Part shown: one piece after another, positions 12,801-26,000 of the stretch
Position numbering within the stretch: position 1 is the first letter of the stretch
Layout of the letters: every line of letters begins with the position of its first letter
Source of the DNA: the human T2T-CHM13v2.0 reference genome, Homo sapiens
Length of the DNA: 64,000 bases
Direction: 5' to 3' (one strand)
Assembly (NCBI RefSeq): GCF_009914755.1
Contig: NC_060948.1
The notes under the pieces: generated by a model
Told to the model about the DNA's origin: nothing
The model's database searches: none
The model's input: the letters and a program-made list of their open reading frames with translations, nothing else
Program-made: the position numbers and the translations under genes

Positions 12801-14560
12801 TGGAATGGACTGTAATGGAATGGAATGGAAGGGATTGGAATGGACTCGAATGGAATGGACTGCAATAGAAAGGATTCGAATGGAATGAAAAAGAATTGAA
12901 TGGAATAGAACAGAATGGAATCAAATCGAATGAAATGGAATGGAATAGAAAGGAATGGAATGAAATGGAATGGAAAGGATTCGAATGGAATGCAATCGAA
13001 TGGAATGCAATCTAATGGAATGGAATCGAACGGAATGGAATAAAATGGAAGAAAACTGGCAAGAAATGGAGTCGAAATGAATGGAGTGTTATGGAACCGA
13101 CTCAAAAGGAATTGAATGTAATAGAATGGAGTGGAGTGGACTCGAATATAATGGACTGGAATGGAATGAAATCACATGGAATGGGAACGAATGGAATGGA
13201 ATGGAAAGGAATGGAATAGAATGGAAAGGAATCGAATGGAAGGGAATGAAATTGAATCAACAGGAATGGAAGGGAGTAGAATAGACGGTAATGGAATGGA
13301 CTCGAATAGAATGGACACGAATGCTCAAATTGAATGGACTCGAATGGAATGGAAACGAAAGGAATGTCATCGAATGGAATTGAATCGATTGGAATGAAAT
13401 CACATAGAATGGAGTGGAATCAAATGGAATTGAATCGAAAGGAAAGGAAGCGAATGGACTGAAATGAAATGGAATGGAATTGAATGGAAATTAATGCAAT
13501 GGAATAGAATGGAACGAAATTTCACGGAATGGAATCAAACTGAATGGAATCAAATCAATGGAATATAATCAAATGGAATGGAAAGGAATTGAATGGAGTA
13601 GATTGGATTGGATGGGATTGGAATGAAATGTACTGGAAAGGACTCGAATTTCATGAAACGGAATGGAATGAATTAGAACGGAATGGACTCGAATGGAATG
13701 GACTGTCATGGAATGGCATCAAATGGAATGGAATCGAATGCGATGGAATGCTATGGAATGGAATGGAATGCATTGGAATGGAATGTCCTCTAATGGAATG
13801 TATTCGAGTGGAATGGAATCGAATATAATGGAGTCTAATGAAATGGAATTGAAAGGAATGGGACCGAATACAATGGAATATACTGGAATGTAATGTAATG
13901 AACTCGAATGTAATTGACTGGAATGGAATGTACATGAATGGAATGTAATCGAATGGAAAGCAATCCAATGGAATAGAATCTAATGCAATAAAATCGACTC
14001 AAATAGAGTAGAATGTAATGGAATGGAGTGCAGTGCAATGGAATGGAATGGAATGGAATGCAATGGAATGGAATGGAATGGAATGGAATGAGATGGAATG
14101 GTATGGAATGGATAGTAATGGACTGGAGTGAAATGGACTGGAAAAGAATGGACTCAAATTGAAAGGGCTCGAAAGGAATGGAGTCAAATGGAATGGTCTG
14201 GAATGGAATGAACACGAATGTAATGCAATCCAATGGAATGGAATCGAATGGCATGGAATATAAAGAAATGGAATCGAAGAGAATGGAAACAAATGGAATG
14301 GAATTGAATGGAATGGAATTGAATGGAATGGGAACGAATGGAGTGAAATTGTATGCAGTAGAAGAGAATAGAATGGAATGCAAGCGAAAGGAAAGGAATG
14401 GATTGGAATGGAATGGAATTCATTGGAATGGAAGGGAATGTAGTGTAATGGACAGGCCTGGAATAAAGTGGAATGCTACGGTCTCGAATGGAATAAAAAT
14501 GTATGGAATGGAATGCAATGAAACGGAATCGAATGTCATAGAATGTAATGGAATGCAAAA
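3900..14560 (+). repeat. Three near-identical tandem units (U2-U4), period 3554 bp
   Basis: GGCC spacing is 3554 three times. Private variants shared only by these copies include GAATTCATAGG (4014, 7568, 11122), CGACTGATAC, GGACATCAC, GGAGTCGAAAT, GGAACCGACTC and TGAGATGG. ORF-track features recur at +3554. Confidence 0.9.
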
Positions 14561-16099
14561 AAATGGACTCCAAAATCATTGACTGGAAAGGCTGGGTGTC
14601 GAAAGGAATTGACTCCAATGGAATGGAAGTGAATAGAATGGAACTAAATCGAATGGAATGGAATTGATAGGAACGGAATGGAAAGGAATGCAATGATTTG
14701 GCATGGAATGGAATCGAATGGCATCGAATGGAATGGAATGGAATGCAATGGAATGGAATGTATTAGAATGTAATGAACTTTAATGGAATGTACTCGAATG
14801 GATTCGACTGGAATGGAATGTTCTCGAAGTGAATGGACTCCAATGGAATGGATTCGAAAGGAATGGAATCTAATGGAATGGAATTAAATGGAAATGAATC
14901 AAATTGAATAGAACGGAATTGAATTGAATGGAATCGAATGCAATGGAATCTAATGAAACGGAAAGGAAAGGAATGGAATGGATTGGAATGGAATGGGCTG
15001 TAATGGAATGGAATCGAAACGAATGGAATGGAATCGAACTGAAGAGACTGGAATGGAATGCACTGGAATGGAAGGGAATGTAATGGAAGGTTCTCGAAAA
15101 AAATGGAATCGAAAGGAATGGAATTGAATGGAACGGAATAGAGTCGAATGGAATTCAATGGAATGGAATGGACTAGAGTGAAATGGAATCGAACCACAAG
15201 GAATGGACAGGAATAGAATGGTCTCGAATTGAATGGAATCGTATGGAATGGCATCAAACGGAATGGAATGGACAGCCACGGAATGGAATGGACACCCACG
15301 GAATGGAATGCACTCGAATGCAATGGAGTCGACACTAATGGACTGGAATAGAATGGACTCGACTGGTACGGACTCCAATGGAATGGAATCGAATGGAAGG
15401 GAATCGAACGGAATGGACTCGAAGGGAAAAGACTGCAATGGAAAGGTCTCCAATGGAATGGAAATTAATGGAATGGAATGGAATCGAATGAAATGGAGTC
15501 AAAAGGAATGGAATCGAATGGCAAGAAATCGAATGTAATGGAATCGCAAGGAATGGATGTGAACGGAACGGAATGGAATGGAATCCAAAGGAATGGAATA
15601 GAATGGAATGGAATCGAATGGAAAGGACTCGAATGGAAATCACTCGAATAGAATGCAATTTAATAAAATAGGATCAAATGTAATGGAATGGAATGGAAAG
15701 GAATCGAAACGAAAGGAATGGAGACAGATGGAATGGAATGGAACAGAGAGCAATGGTATAGAATGGAATGGAATCATCTGGAATGGAATTGAATGGAATG
15801 GAATAATATGAAATGGAATGGAATGGAATGGAATGCCCTTGAATTAAATGGACTGGAATGGAATGGACTCGAACAGAGTGGAATGGAAAGTGTTGAAATA
15901 GAATGGAATGGACTCGTTTGGAATGGTCTAGTATGCAATGCAATCGACTGGCAGGGAATCAAAAGGAATGTAATCGAATGGATTGGACTGGAATGCAATG
16001 GACTCGAATAGATTGGAAACGGAAAGCAAAGGAATGGAATGGAATAGTATGGAATGGAATGGAAAGGAATGGAGTGGAATAGACTAGAGTGGAATGGAA

Positions 16100-19000
16100 T
16101 GGACTGGAAAGCAATGGACTGGAATGGAACTTTCTTGAATGGACTGGAATCAAACGGAATGGAATGCAATGCAATCAAATGGCATGGAATAAAATAGAAT
16201 GAAAGAGAATCAAATGGAATTGAATCGAATGGAATCGAATGGATTGGAAAGGAATAGAATGGAATGGAACGGAATTGACTCAAATGGAATGGACTAGAAT
16301 GGAATGGATTCGAATGGAAGGCAAAGGAATGGAATCTATTGGAATGGACTGTAATGGAATGGAATGGAAGGGATTGGAATGGACTCGAATGGAATGGACT
16401 GCCATAGAAAGGATTCGAATGGAATGAAAAAGAATTGAATGGAATAGAACAGAATGGAATCAAATCGAATGAAATGGAATGGAATAGAAAGGAATGGAGT
16501 GAAATGGAATGGAAAGGATTCGAATGGAATGCAATCGAATGGAATGCAATCGAATGGAATGGAATCGAACGGAATGGAATAAAATGGAAGAAAACTGGCA
16601 AGAAATGGAATCGAAATGAACGGAGTGTTATGGAACGGACTCAAAAGGAATTGAATGTAATAGAATGGAGTGGAGTGGACTCGAATATAATGGACTGGAA
16701 TGGAATGAAATCACATGGAATGGGAACGAATGGAATGGAATGGAAAGGAATGGAATCGAATGGAAAGGAATCGAATGGAAGGGAATGAAATTGAATCAAC
16801 AGGAATGGAAGGGAGTAGAATAGACGGTAATGGAATGGACTCGAATAGAATGGACACGAATGCTCAAATTGAATGGACTCGAATGGAATGGAAACGAAAG
16901 GAATGTCATCGAATGGAATTGAATCGATTGGAATGAAATCACATAGAATGGAGTGGAATCAAATGGAATTGAATCGAAAGGAAAGGAAGCGAATGGACTG
17001 AAATGAAATGGAATGGAATTGAATGGAAATTAATGCAATGGAATAGAATGGAACGAAATTTCACGGAATGGAATCAAACTGAATGGAATCAAATCAATGG
17101 AATATAATCAAATGGAATGGAAAGGAATTGAATGGAGTAGATTGGATTGGATGGGATTGGAATGAAATGTACTGGAAAGGACTCGAATTTCATGAAACGG
17201 AATGGAATGAATTAGAACGGAATGGACTCGAATGGAATGGAATGTCATGGAATGGCATCAAATGGAATGGAATCGAATGCGATGGAATGCTATGGAATGG
17301 AATGGAATGCATTGGAATGGAATGTCCTCTAATGGAATGTATTCGAGTGGAATGGAATCGAATATAATGGAGTCTAATGAAATGGAATTGAAAGGAATGG
17401 GACCGAATACAATGGAATATACTGGAATGTAATGTAATGAACTCGAATGTAATTGACTGGAATGGAATGTACATGAATGGAATGTAATCGAATGGAAAGC
17501 AATCCAATGGAATAGAATCTAATGCAATAAAATCGACTCAAATAGAGTAGAATGTAATGGAATGGAGTGCAGTGCAATGGAATGGAATGGAATGGAATGC
17601 AATGGAATGGAATGGAATGGGATGGAATGGTATGGAATGGATAGTAATGGACTGGAGTGAAATGGACTGGAAAAGAATGGACTCAAATTGAAAGGGCTCG
17701 AAAGGAATGGAGTCAAATGGAATGGTCTGGAATGGAATGAACACGAATGTAATGCAATCCAATAGAATGGAATCGAATGGCATGGAATATAAAGAAATGG
17801 AATCGAAGAGAATGGAAACAAATGGAATGGAATTGAATGGAATGGGAACGAATGGAGTGAAATTGTATGCAGTAGAAGAGAATAGAATGGAATGCAAGCG
17901 AAAGGAAAGGAATGGATTGGAATGGAATGGAATTCATTGGAATGGAAGGGAATGTAGTGTAATGGACAGGCCTGGAATAAAGTGGAATGCTACGGTCTCG
18001 AATGGAATAAAAATGTATGGAATGGAATGCAATGAAACGGAATCGAATGTCATAGAATGTAATGGAATGCAAAAAAATGGACTCCAAAATCATTGACTGG
18101 AAAGGCTGGGTGTCGAAAGGAATTGCCTCCAATGGAATGGAATCGAATGGAATGGAAGTGAATAGAATGGAACTAAATCGAATGGAATGGAATTGATAGG
18201 AACGGAATGGAAAGGAATGCAATGATTTGGCATGGAATGGAATCGAATGGCATCGAATGGAATGGAATGGAATGCAATGGAATGGAATGTATTAGAATGT
18301 AATGAACTTTAATGGAATGTACTCGAATGGATTCGACTGGAATGGAATGTTCTTGAAGTGAATGGACTCCAATGGAATGGATTCGAAAGGAATGGAATCT
18401 AATGGAATGGAATTAAATGGAAATGAATCAAATTGAATAGAACGGAATTGAATTGAATGGAATCGAATGCAATGGAATCTAATGAAACGGAAAGGAAAGG
18501 AATGGAATGGAATGGAATGGGCTGGAATGGAAAGGAATCGAAACGAATGGAATGGAATCGAACTGAAGAGACTGGAATGGAATGCACTGGAATGGAAGGG
18601 AATGTAATGGAAGGTTCTCGAAAAAAATGGAATCGAAAGGAATGGAATTGAATGGAACGGAATAGAGTCGAATGGAATTCAATGGAATGGAATGGACTAG
18701 AGTGAAATGGAATCGAACCACAAGGAATGGACAGGAATAGAATGGTCTCGAATTGAATGGAATCGTATGGAATGGCATCAAACGGAATGGAATGGACACC
18801 CACGGAATGGAATGCACTCGAATGCAATGGAGTCGAAACTAATGGACTGGAATAGAATGGACTCGACTGGTACGGACTCCAATGGAATGGAATCGAATGG
18901 AAGGGAATCGAACGGAATGGACTCGAAGGGAAAAGACTGCAATGGAAAGGTCTCGAATGGAATGGAAATTAATGGAATCGAATGGAATCGAATGAAATGG

Positions 19001-22000
19001 AGTCAAAAGGAATGGAATCGAATGGCAAGAAATCGAATGTAATGGAATCGCAAGGAATTGATGTGAACGGAACGGAATGGAATGGAATCCAAAGGAATGG
19101 AATAGAATGGAATGGAATCGAATGGAAAGGACTCGAATGGCAATCACTCGAATAGATTGCAATTTAATAAAATAGGATCAAATGTAATGGAATGGAATGG
19201 AAAGGAATCGAAACGAAAGGAATGGAGACAGATGGAATGGAATGGAACAGAGAGCAATGGTATAGAATGGAATGGAATCATCTGGAATGGAATTGAATGG
19301 AATGGAATAATATGAAATGGAATGGAATGGAATGGAATGCCTTTGAATTAAATGGACTGGAATGGAATGGACTCGAACAGAGTGGAATGGAAAGTGTTGA
19401 AATAGAATGGAATGGACTCGTTTGGAATGGTCTAGTATGCAATGCAATCGACTGGCAGGGAATCAAAAGGAATGTAATCGAATGGATTGGACTGGAATGC
19501 AATGGACTCGAATAGATTGGAAACGGAAAGCAAAGGAATGGAATGGAATAGTATGGAATGGAATGGAAAGGAATGGAGTGGAATAGACTAGAGTGGAATG
19601 GAATGGACTGGAAAGCAATGGACTGGAATGGAACTTTCTTGAATGGACTGGAATCAAACGGAATGGAATGCAATGCAATCAAATGGCATGGAATAAAATA
19701 GAATGAAAGAGAATCAAATGGAATTGAATCGAATGGAATCGAATGGATTGGAAAGGAATAGAATGGAATGGAACGGAATTGACTCAAATGGAATGGACTA
19801 GAATGGAATGGATTCGAATGGAAGGCAAAGGAATGGAATCTATTGGAATGGACTGTAATGGAATGGAATGGAAGGGATTGGAATGGACTCGAATGGAATG
19901 GACTGCCATAGAAAGGATTCGAATGGAATGAAAAAGAATTGAATGGAATAGAACAGAATGGAATCAAATCGAATGAAATGGAATGGAATAGAAAGGAATG
20001 GAGTGAAATGGAATGGAAAGGATTCGAATGGAATGCAATCGAATGGAATGCAATCGAATGGAATGGAATCGAACGGAATGGAATAAAATGGAAGAAAACT
20101 GGCAAGAAATGGAATCGAAATGAACGGAGTGTTATGGAACGGACTCAAAAGGAATTGAATGTAATAGAATGGAGTGGAGTGGACTCGAATATAATGGACT
20201 GGAATGGAATGAAATCACATGGAATGGGAACGAATGGAATGGAATGGAAAGGAATGGAATCGAATGGAAAGGAATCGAATGGAAGGGAATGAAATTGAAT
20301 CAACAGGAATGGAAGGGAGTAGAATAGACGGTAATGGAATGGACTCGAATAGAATGGACACGAATGCTCAAATTGAATGGACTCGAATGGAATGGAAACG
20401 AAAGGAATGTCATCGAATGGAATTGAATCGATTGGAATGAAATCACATAGAATGGAGTGGAATCAAATGGAATTGAATCGAAAGGAAAGGAAGCGAATGG
20501 ACTGAAATGAAATGGAATGGAATTGAATGGAAATTAATGCAATGGAATAGAATGGAACGAAATTTCACGGAATGGAATCAAACTGAATGGAATCAAATCA
20601 ATGGAATATAATCAAATGGAATGGAAAGGAATTGAATGGAGTAGATTGGATTGGATGGGATTGGAATGAAATGTACTGGAAAGGACTCGAATTTCATGAA
20701 ACGGAATGGAATGAATTAGAACGGAATGGACTCGAATGGAATGGAATGTCATGGAATGGCATCAAATGGAATGGAATCGAATGCGATGGAATGCTATGGA
20801 ATGGAATGGAATGCATTGGAATGGAATGTCCTCTAATGGAATGTATTCGAGTGGAATGGAATCGAATATAATGGAGTCTAATGAAATGGAATTGAAAGGA
20901 ATGGGACCGAATACAATGGAATATACTGGAATGTAATGTAATGAACTCGAATGTAATTGACTGGAATGGAATGTACATGAATGGAATGTAATCGAATGGA
21001 AAGCAATCCAATGGAATAGAATCTAATGCAATAAAATCGACTCAAATAGAGTAGAATGTAATGAAATGGAGTGCAGTGCAATGGAATGGAATGGAATGGA
21101 ATGCAATGGAATGGAATGGAATGGGATGGAATGGTATGGAATGGATAGTAATGGACTGGAGTGAAATGGACTGGAAAAGAATGGACTCAAATTGAAAGGG
21201 CTCGAAAGGAATGGAGTCAAATGGAATGGTCTGGAATGGAATGAACACGAATGTAATGCAATCCAATAGAATGGAATCGAATGGCATGGAATATAAAGAA
21301 ATGGAATCGAAGAGAATGGAAACAAATGGAATGGAATTGAATGGAATGGGAACGAATGGAGTGAAATTGTATGCAGTAGAAGAGAATAGAATGGAATGCA
21401 AGCGAAAGGAAAGGAATGGATTGGAATGGAATGGAATTCATTGGAATGGAAGGGAATGTAGTGTAATGGACAGGCCTGGAATAAAGTGGAATGCTACGGT
21501 CTCGAATGGAATAAAAATGTATGGAATGGAATGCAATGAAACGGAATCGAATGTCATAGAATGTAATGGAATGCAAAAAAATGGACTCCAAAATCATTGA
21601 CTGGAAAGGCTGGGTGTCGAAAGGAATTGCCTCCAATGGAATGGAATCGAATGGAATGGAAGTGAATAGAATGGAACTAAATCGAATGGAATGGAATTGA
21701 TAGGAACGGAATGGAAAGGAATGCAATGATTTGGCATGGAATGGAATCGAATGGCATCGAATGGAATGGAATGGAATGCAATGGAATGGAATGTATTAGA
21801 ATGTAATGAACTTTAATGGAATGTACTCGAATGGATTCGACTGGAATGGAATGTTCTTGAAGTGAATGGACTCCAATGGAATGGATTCGAAAGGAATGGA
21901 ATCTAATGGAATGGAATTAAATGGAAATGAATCAAATTGAATAGAACGGAATTGAATTGAATGGAATCGAATGCAATGGAATCTAATGAAACGGAAAGGA

Positions 22001-23000
22001 AAGGAATGGAATGGAATGGAATGGGCTGGAATGGAAAGGAATCGAAACGAATGGAATGGAATCGAACTGAAGAGACTGGAATGGAATGCACTGGAATGGA
22101 AGGGAATGTAATGGAAGGTTCTCGAAAAAAATGGAATCGAAAGGAATGGAATTGAATGGAACGGAATAGAGTCGAATGGAATTCAATGGAATGGAATGGA
22201 CTAGAGTGAAATGGAATCGAACCACAAGGAATGGACAGGAATAGAATGGTCTCGAATTGAATGGAATCGTATGGAATGGCATCAAACGGAATGGAATGGA
22301 CACCCACGGAATGGAATGCACTCGAATGCAATGGAGTCGAAACTAATGGACTGGAATAGAATGGACTCGACTGGTACGGACTCCAATGGAATGGAATCGA
22401 ATGGAAGGGAATCGAACGGAATGGACTCGAAGGGAAAAGACTGCAATGGAAAGGTCTCGAATGGAATGGAAATTAATGGAATCGAATGGAATCGAATGAA
22501 ATGGAGTCAAAAGGAATGGAATCGAATGGCAAGAAATCGAATGTAATGGAATCGCAAGGAATTGATGTGAACGGAACGGAATGGAATGGAATCCAAAGGA
22601 ATGGAATAGAATGGAATGGAATCGAATGGAAAGGACTCGAATGGCAATCACTCGAATAGATTGCAATTTAATAAAATAGGATCAAATGTAATGGAATGGA
22701 ATGGAAAGGAATCGAAACGAAAGGAATGGAGACAGATGGAATGGAATGGAACAGAGAGCAATGGTATAGAATGGAATGGAATCATCTGGAATGGAATTGA
22801 ATGGAATGGAATAATATGAAATGGAATGGAATGGAATGGAATGCCTTTGAATTAAATGGACTGGAATGGAATGGACTCGAACAGAGTGGAATGGAAAGTG
22901 TTGAGATAGAATGGAATGGACTCGTTTGGAATGGTCTAGTATGCAATGCAATCGACTGGCAGGGAATCAAAAGGAATGTAATCGAATGGATTGGACTGGA
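16100..23000 (+). repeat. Two near-identical tandem copies, period 3504 bp, out of phase with the HaeIII-defined unit
   Basis: ORF offsets 16435/19939, 18399/21903 and 19112/22616 are all 3504. Shared private variants: GGAACGGAATTGACT, TGAACGGAGTG, TTGCCTCC, GGCAATCACTCG, TAGATTGC, GCCTTTGAA. Confidence 0.88.
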
Positions 23001-26000
23001 ATGCAATGGACTCGAATAGATTGGAAACGGGATGCAAAGGAATGGAATGGAATAGTATGGAATGGAATGGAAAGGAATGGAGTGGAATAGACTAGAGTGG
23101 AATGGAATGGACTGGAAAGCAATGGACTGGAATGGAACTTTCTTGAATGGACTGGAATCAAACGGAATGGAATGCAATGCAATCAAATGGCATGGAATAA
23201 AATAGAATGAAAGAGAATCAAATGGAATTGAATCGAATGGAATCGAATGGATTGGAAAGGAATAGAATGGAATGGAATGGAATGGACTCAAATGGAATGG
23301 ACTAGAATGGAATGGATTCGAATGGAAGGCAAAGGAATGGAATCTATTGGAATGGACTGTAATGGAATGGAATGGAAGGGATTGGAATGGACTCGAATGG
23401 AATGGACTGCAATAGAAAGGATTCGAATGGAATGAAAAAGAATTGAATGGAATAGAACAGAATGGAATGAAATCGAATGAAATGGAATGGAATAGAAAGG
23501 AATGGAATGAAATGGAATGGAAAGGATTCGAATGGAATGCAATCGAATGGAATGGAATCGAACGGAATGGAATAAAATGGAAGAAAACTGGCAAGAAATG
23601 GAATCGAAATGAATGGAGTGTTATGGAACGGACTCAAAAGGAATTGAATGTAATAGAATGGAGTGGAGTGGACTCGAATATAATGGACTGGAATGGAATG
23701 AAATCACATGGAATGGGAACGAATGGAATGGAATGGAAAGGAATGGAATCGAATGGAAAGGAATCGAATGGAAGGGAATGAAATTGAATCAACAGGAATG
23801 GAAGGGAATAGAATAGACGGTAATGGAATGGACTCGAATAGAATGGACACGAATGCTCAAATTGAATGGACTCGAATGGAATGGAAACGAAAGGAATGTC
23901 GTCGAATGGAATTGAATCGATTGGAATGAAATCGCATAGAATGGAGTGGAATCAAATGGAATTGAATCGAAAGGAAAGGAAGCGAATGGTCTGAAATGAA
24001 ATGGAATGGAATTGAATGGAAAGTAATGCAAGGGAATAGAATGGAACGAAATTTCACGGAATGGAATCAAACTGAATGGAATCAAATCAATGGAATATAA
24101 TCAAATGGCATGGAAAGGAATTGAATGGAGTAGATTGGATTGGATGGGATTGGAATGAAATGTACTGGAAAGGACTCGAATTTCATGAAATGGAATGGAA
24201 TGAACTGGAACGGAATGGACTCGAATGGAATGGAATGTCATGGAATGGCATCAAATGGAATGGCATCAAATGGAATGGAATCGAATGCAATGGAATGCTA
24301 TGGAATGGAATGGAATGCATTGGAATGGAATGTCCCCTAATGGAATGGATTCGAGTGGAATGGAATCGAATATAATGGAGTCGAATGAAATGGAATTGAA
24401 AGGAAAGGGATCGAATACAATGGAATATACTGGAATGTAATGTAATGAACTCGAATGTAATTGACTAGAATGGAATGTACATGAATGGAATGTAATCGAA
24501 TGGAAAATAATCTCATGGAATAGAATCTAATGCAATAAAATCGACTCAAATAGAATAGAATGGAATGGAGTGGAGTGCAGTGCAATGGAATGGAATGGAA
24601 TGGAATGCAATGGAATGGAATGGAATGGGATGGAATGGTATGGGATGGATAGAAATGGACTGGAGTGAAATGGATTGGAAAGTAATGGACTCAAATTGAA
24701 AGAGCTCGAAAGAATGGAGTCAAATGGAATGGTCTGGAATGGAATGAACACGAATGTAATGCAATCCAATAGAATGGAATCGAATGGCATGGAATATAAA
24801 GAAATGGAATCGAAGAGAATGGAAACGAATGGAATGGAATTGAATGGAATGGAATTGAATGGAATGGGAACGAATGGAGTGAAATTGTATGCAGTAGAAG
24901 AGAATAGAATGGAATGCAAGCGAAATTAAAGGAATGGATTGGAATGGAATGGAATTCATTGGAATGGAAGGTAATGTATTGCAATGGACAGGCCTTTAAT
25001 AAAGTGGAATGCTACGGTCTCGAATGGAATAAAAATGTATGGAATGGAATTCAATGAAACGGAATCGAATGTCATAGAATGTAATGGAATGCAAAAAAAT
25101 GGAATCCAAAATCATTGACTGGAAAGGCTGGGTGTCGAAAGGAATTGACTCCAATGGAATGAAATCGAATGGAATGGAAGTGAATAGAATCGAAGTAAAT
25201 CGAATGGAATGGAATTGTTAGGAACGGAATGGAAAGGAGTGCAATGATTTGGCATGGAATGGAATCGAATGGCATTGAATGGAGTGGAATGGAATGCAAT
25301 GGAATGGAATGTATTAGAATGTAATGAACATTAATGGAATGTACTCGAATGGATTCGACTGGAATGGAATGTTCTGGAAGTGAATGGACTCCAATGGAAT
25401 GGATTCGAAAGGAATGGAATCTAATGGAATGGAATTAAATGGAAACGAATCAAATTGAATAGCACGGAATTGAATTGAATGGAATCGAATGCAATGGAAT
25501 CTAATGAAATGGAAAGGAAAGGAATGGAATGGAATGGAATGGGCTGGAGTTGAATGGAATCGATACGAATGGAATGGAATAGAACTGAAGAGACTGGAAT
25601 GGAATTCACTGGAATGGAAGGGAGTGTAATGGAAGGATCTCGAAAAAAATGGAATCGAATGGAATGGAATTGAATGGAACGGAATAGAGTCGAATGGAAT
25701 TCAATGGAATTGAATGGACTAGAGTGAAATGGAATCGAACCACAAGGAATGGACAGGAATAGAATGGTCTCGAATTGAATGGAATCGTATGGAATGACAT
25801 CAAACGGAATGGAATGGACAGCCACGGAATGGAATGCACTCGAATGCAATGGAGTCGAAACTAATGGACTGGAATAGAATGGACTCGACTGGTACGGACT
25901 CCAATGGAATGGAATCGAAAGGAAGGGAATCGAACGGAATGGACTCGAAGGGAAAAGACTGCAATGGAAAGGTCTCGAATGGAATGGAAATTAATGGAAT

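Larger units (their letters stand above)
1..22950 (+). repeat. Subfamily A domain 1 (U1-U6 and first part of U7)
   Basis: Linked diagnostic variants: GGAAAGCAAAGG, CTCGTTTGG, GGGAGTAG, ATCACATAG, AAATTAATGC, AATTAGAAC, TGCGATGG, GGGACCGA, AAAGCAATCC, and a second EcoRI site GGAATTCAATGG (e.g. 965-970). Confidence 0.8.
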
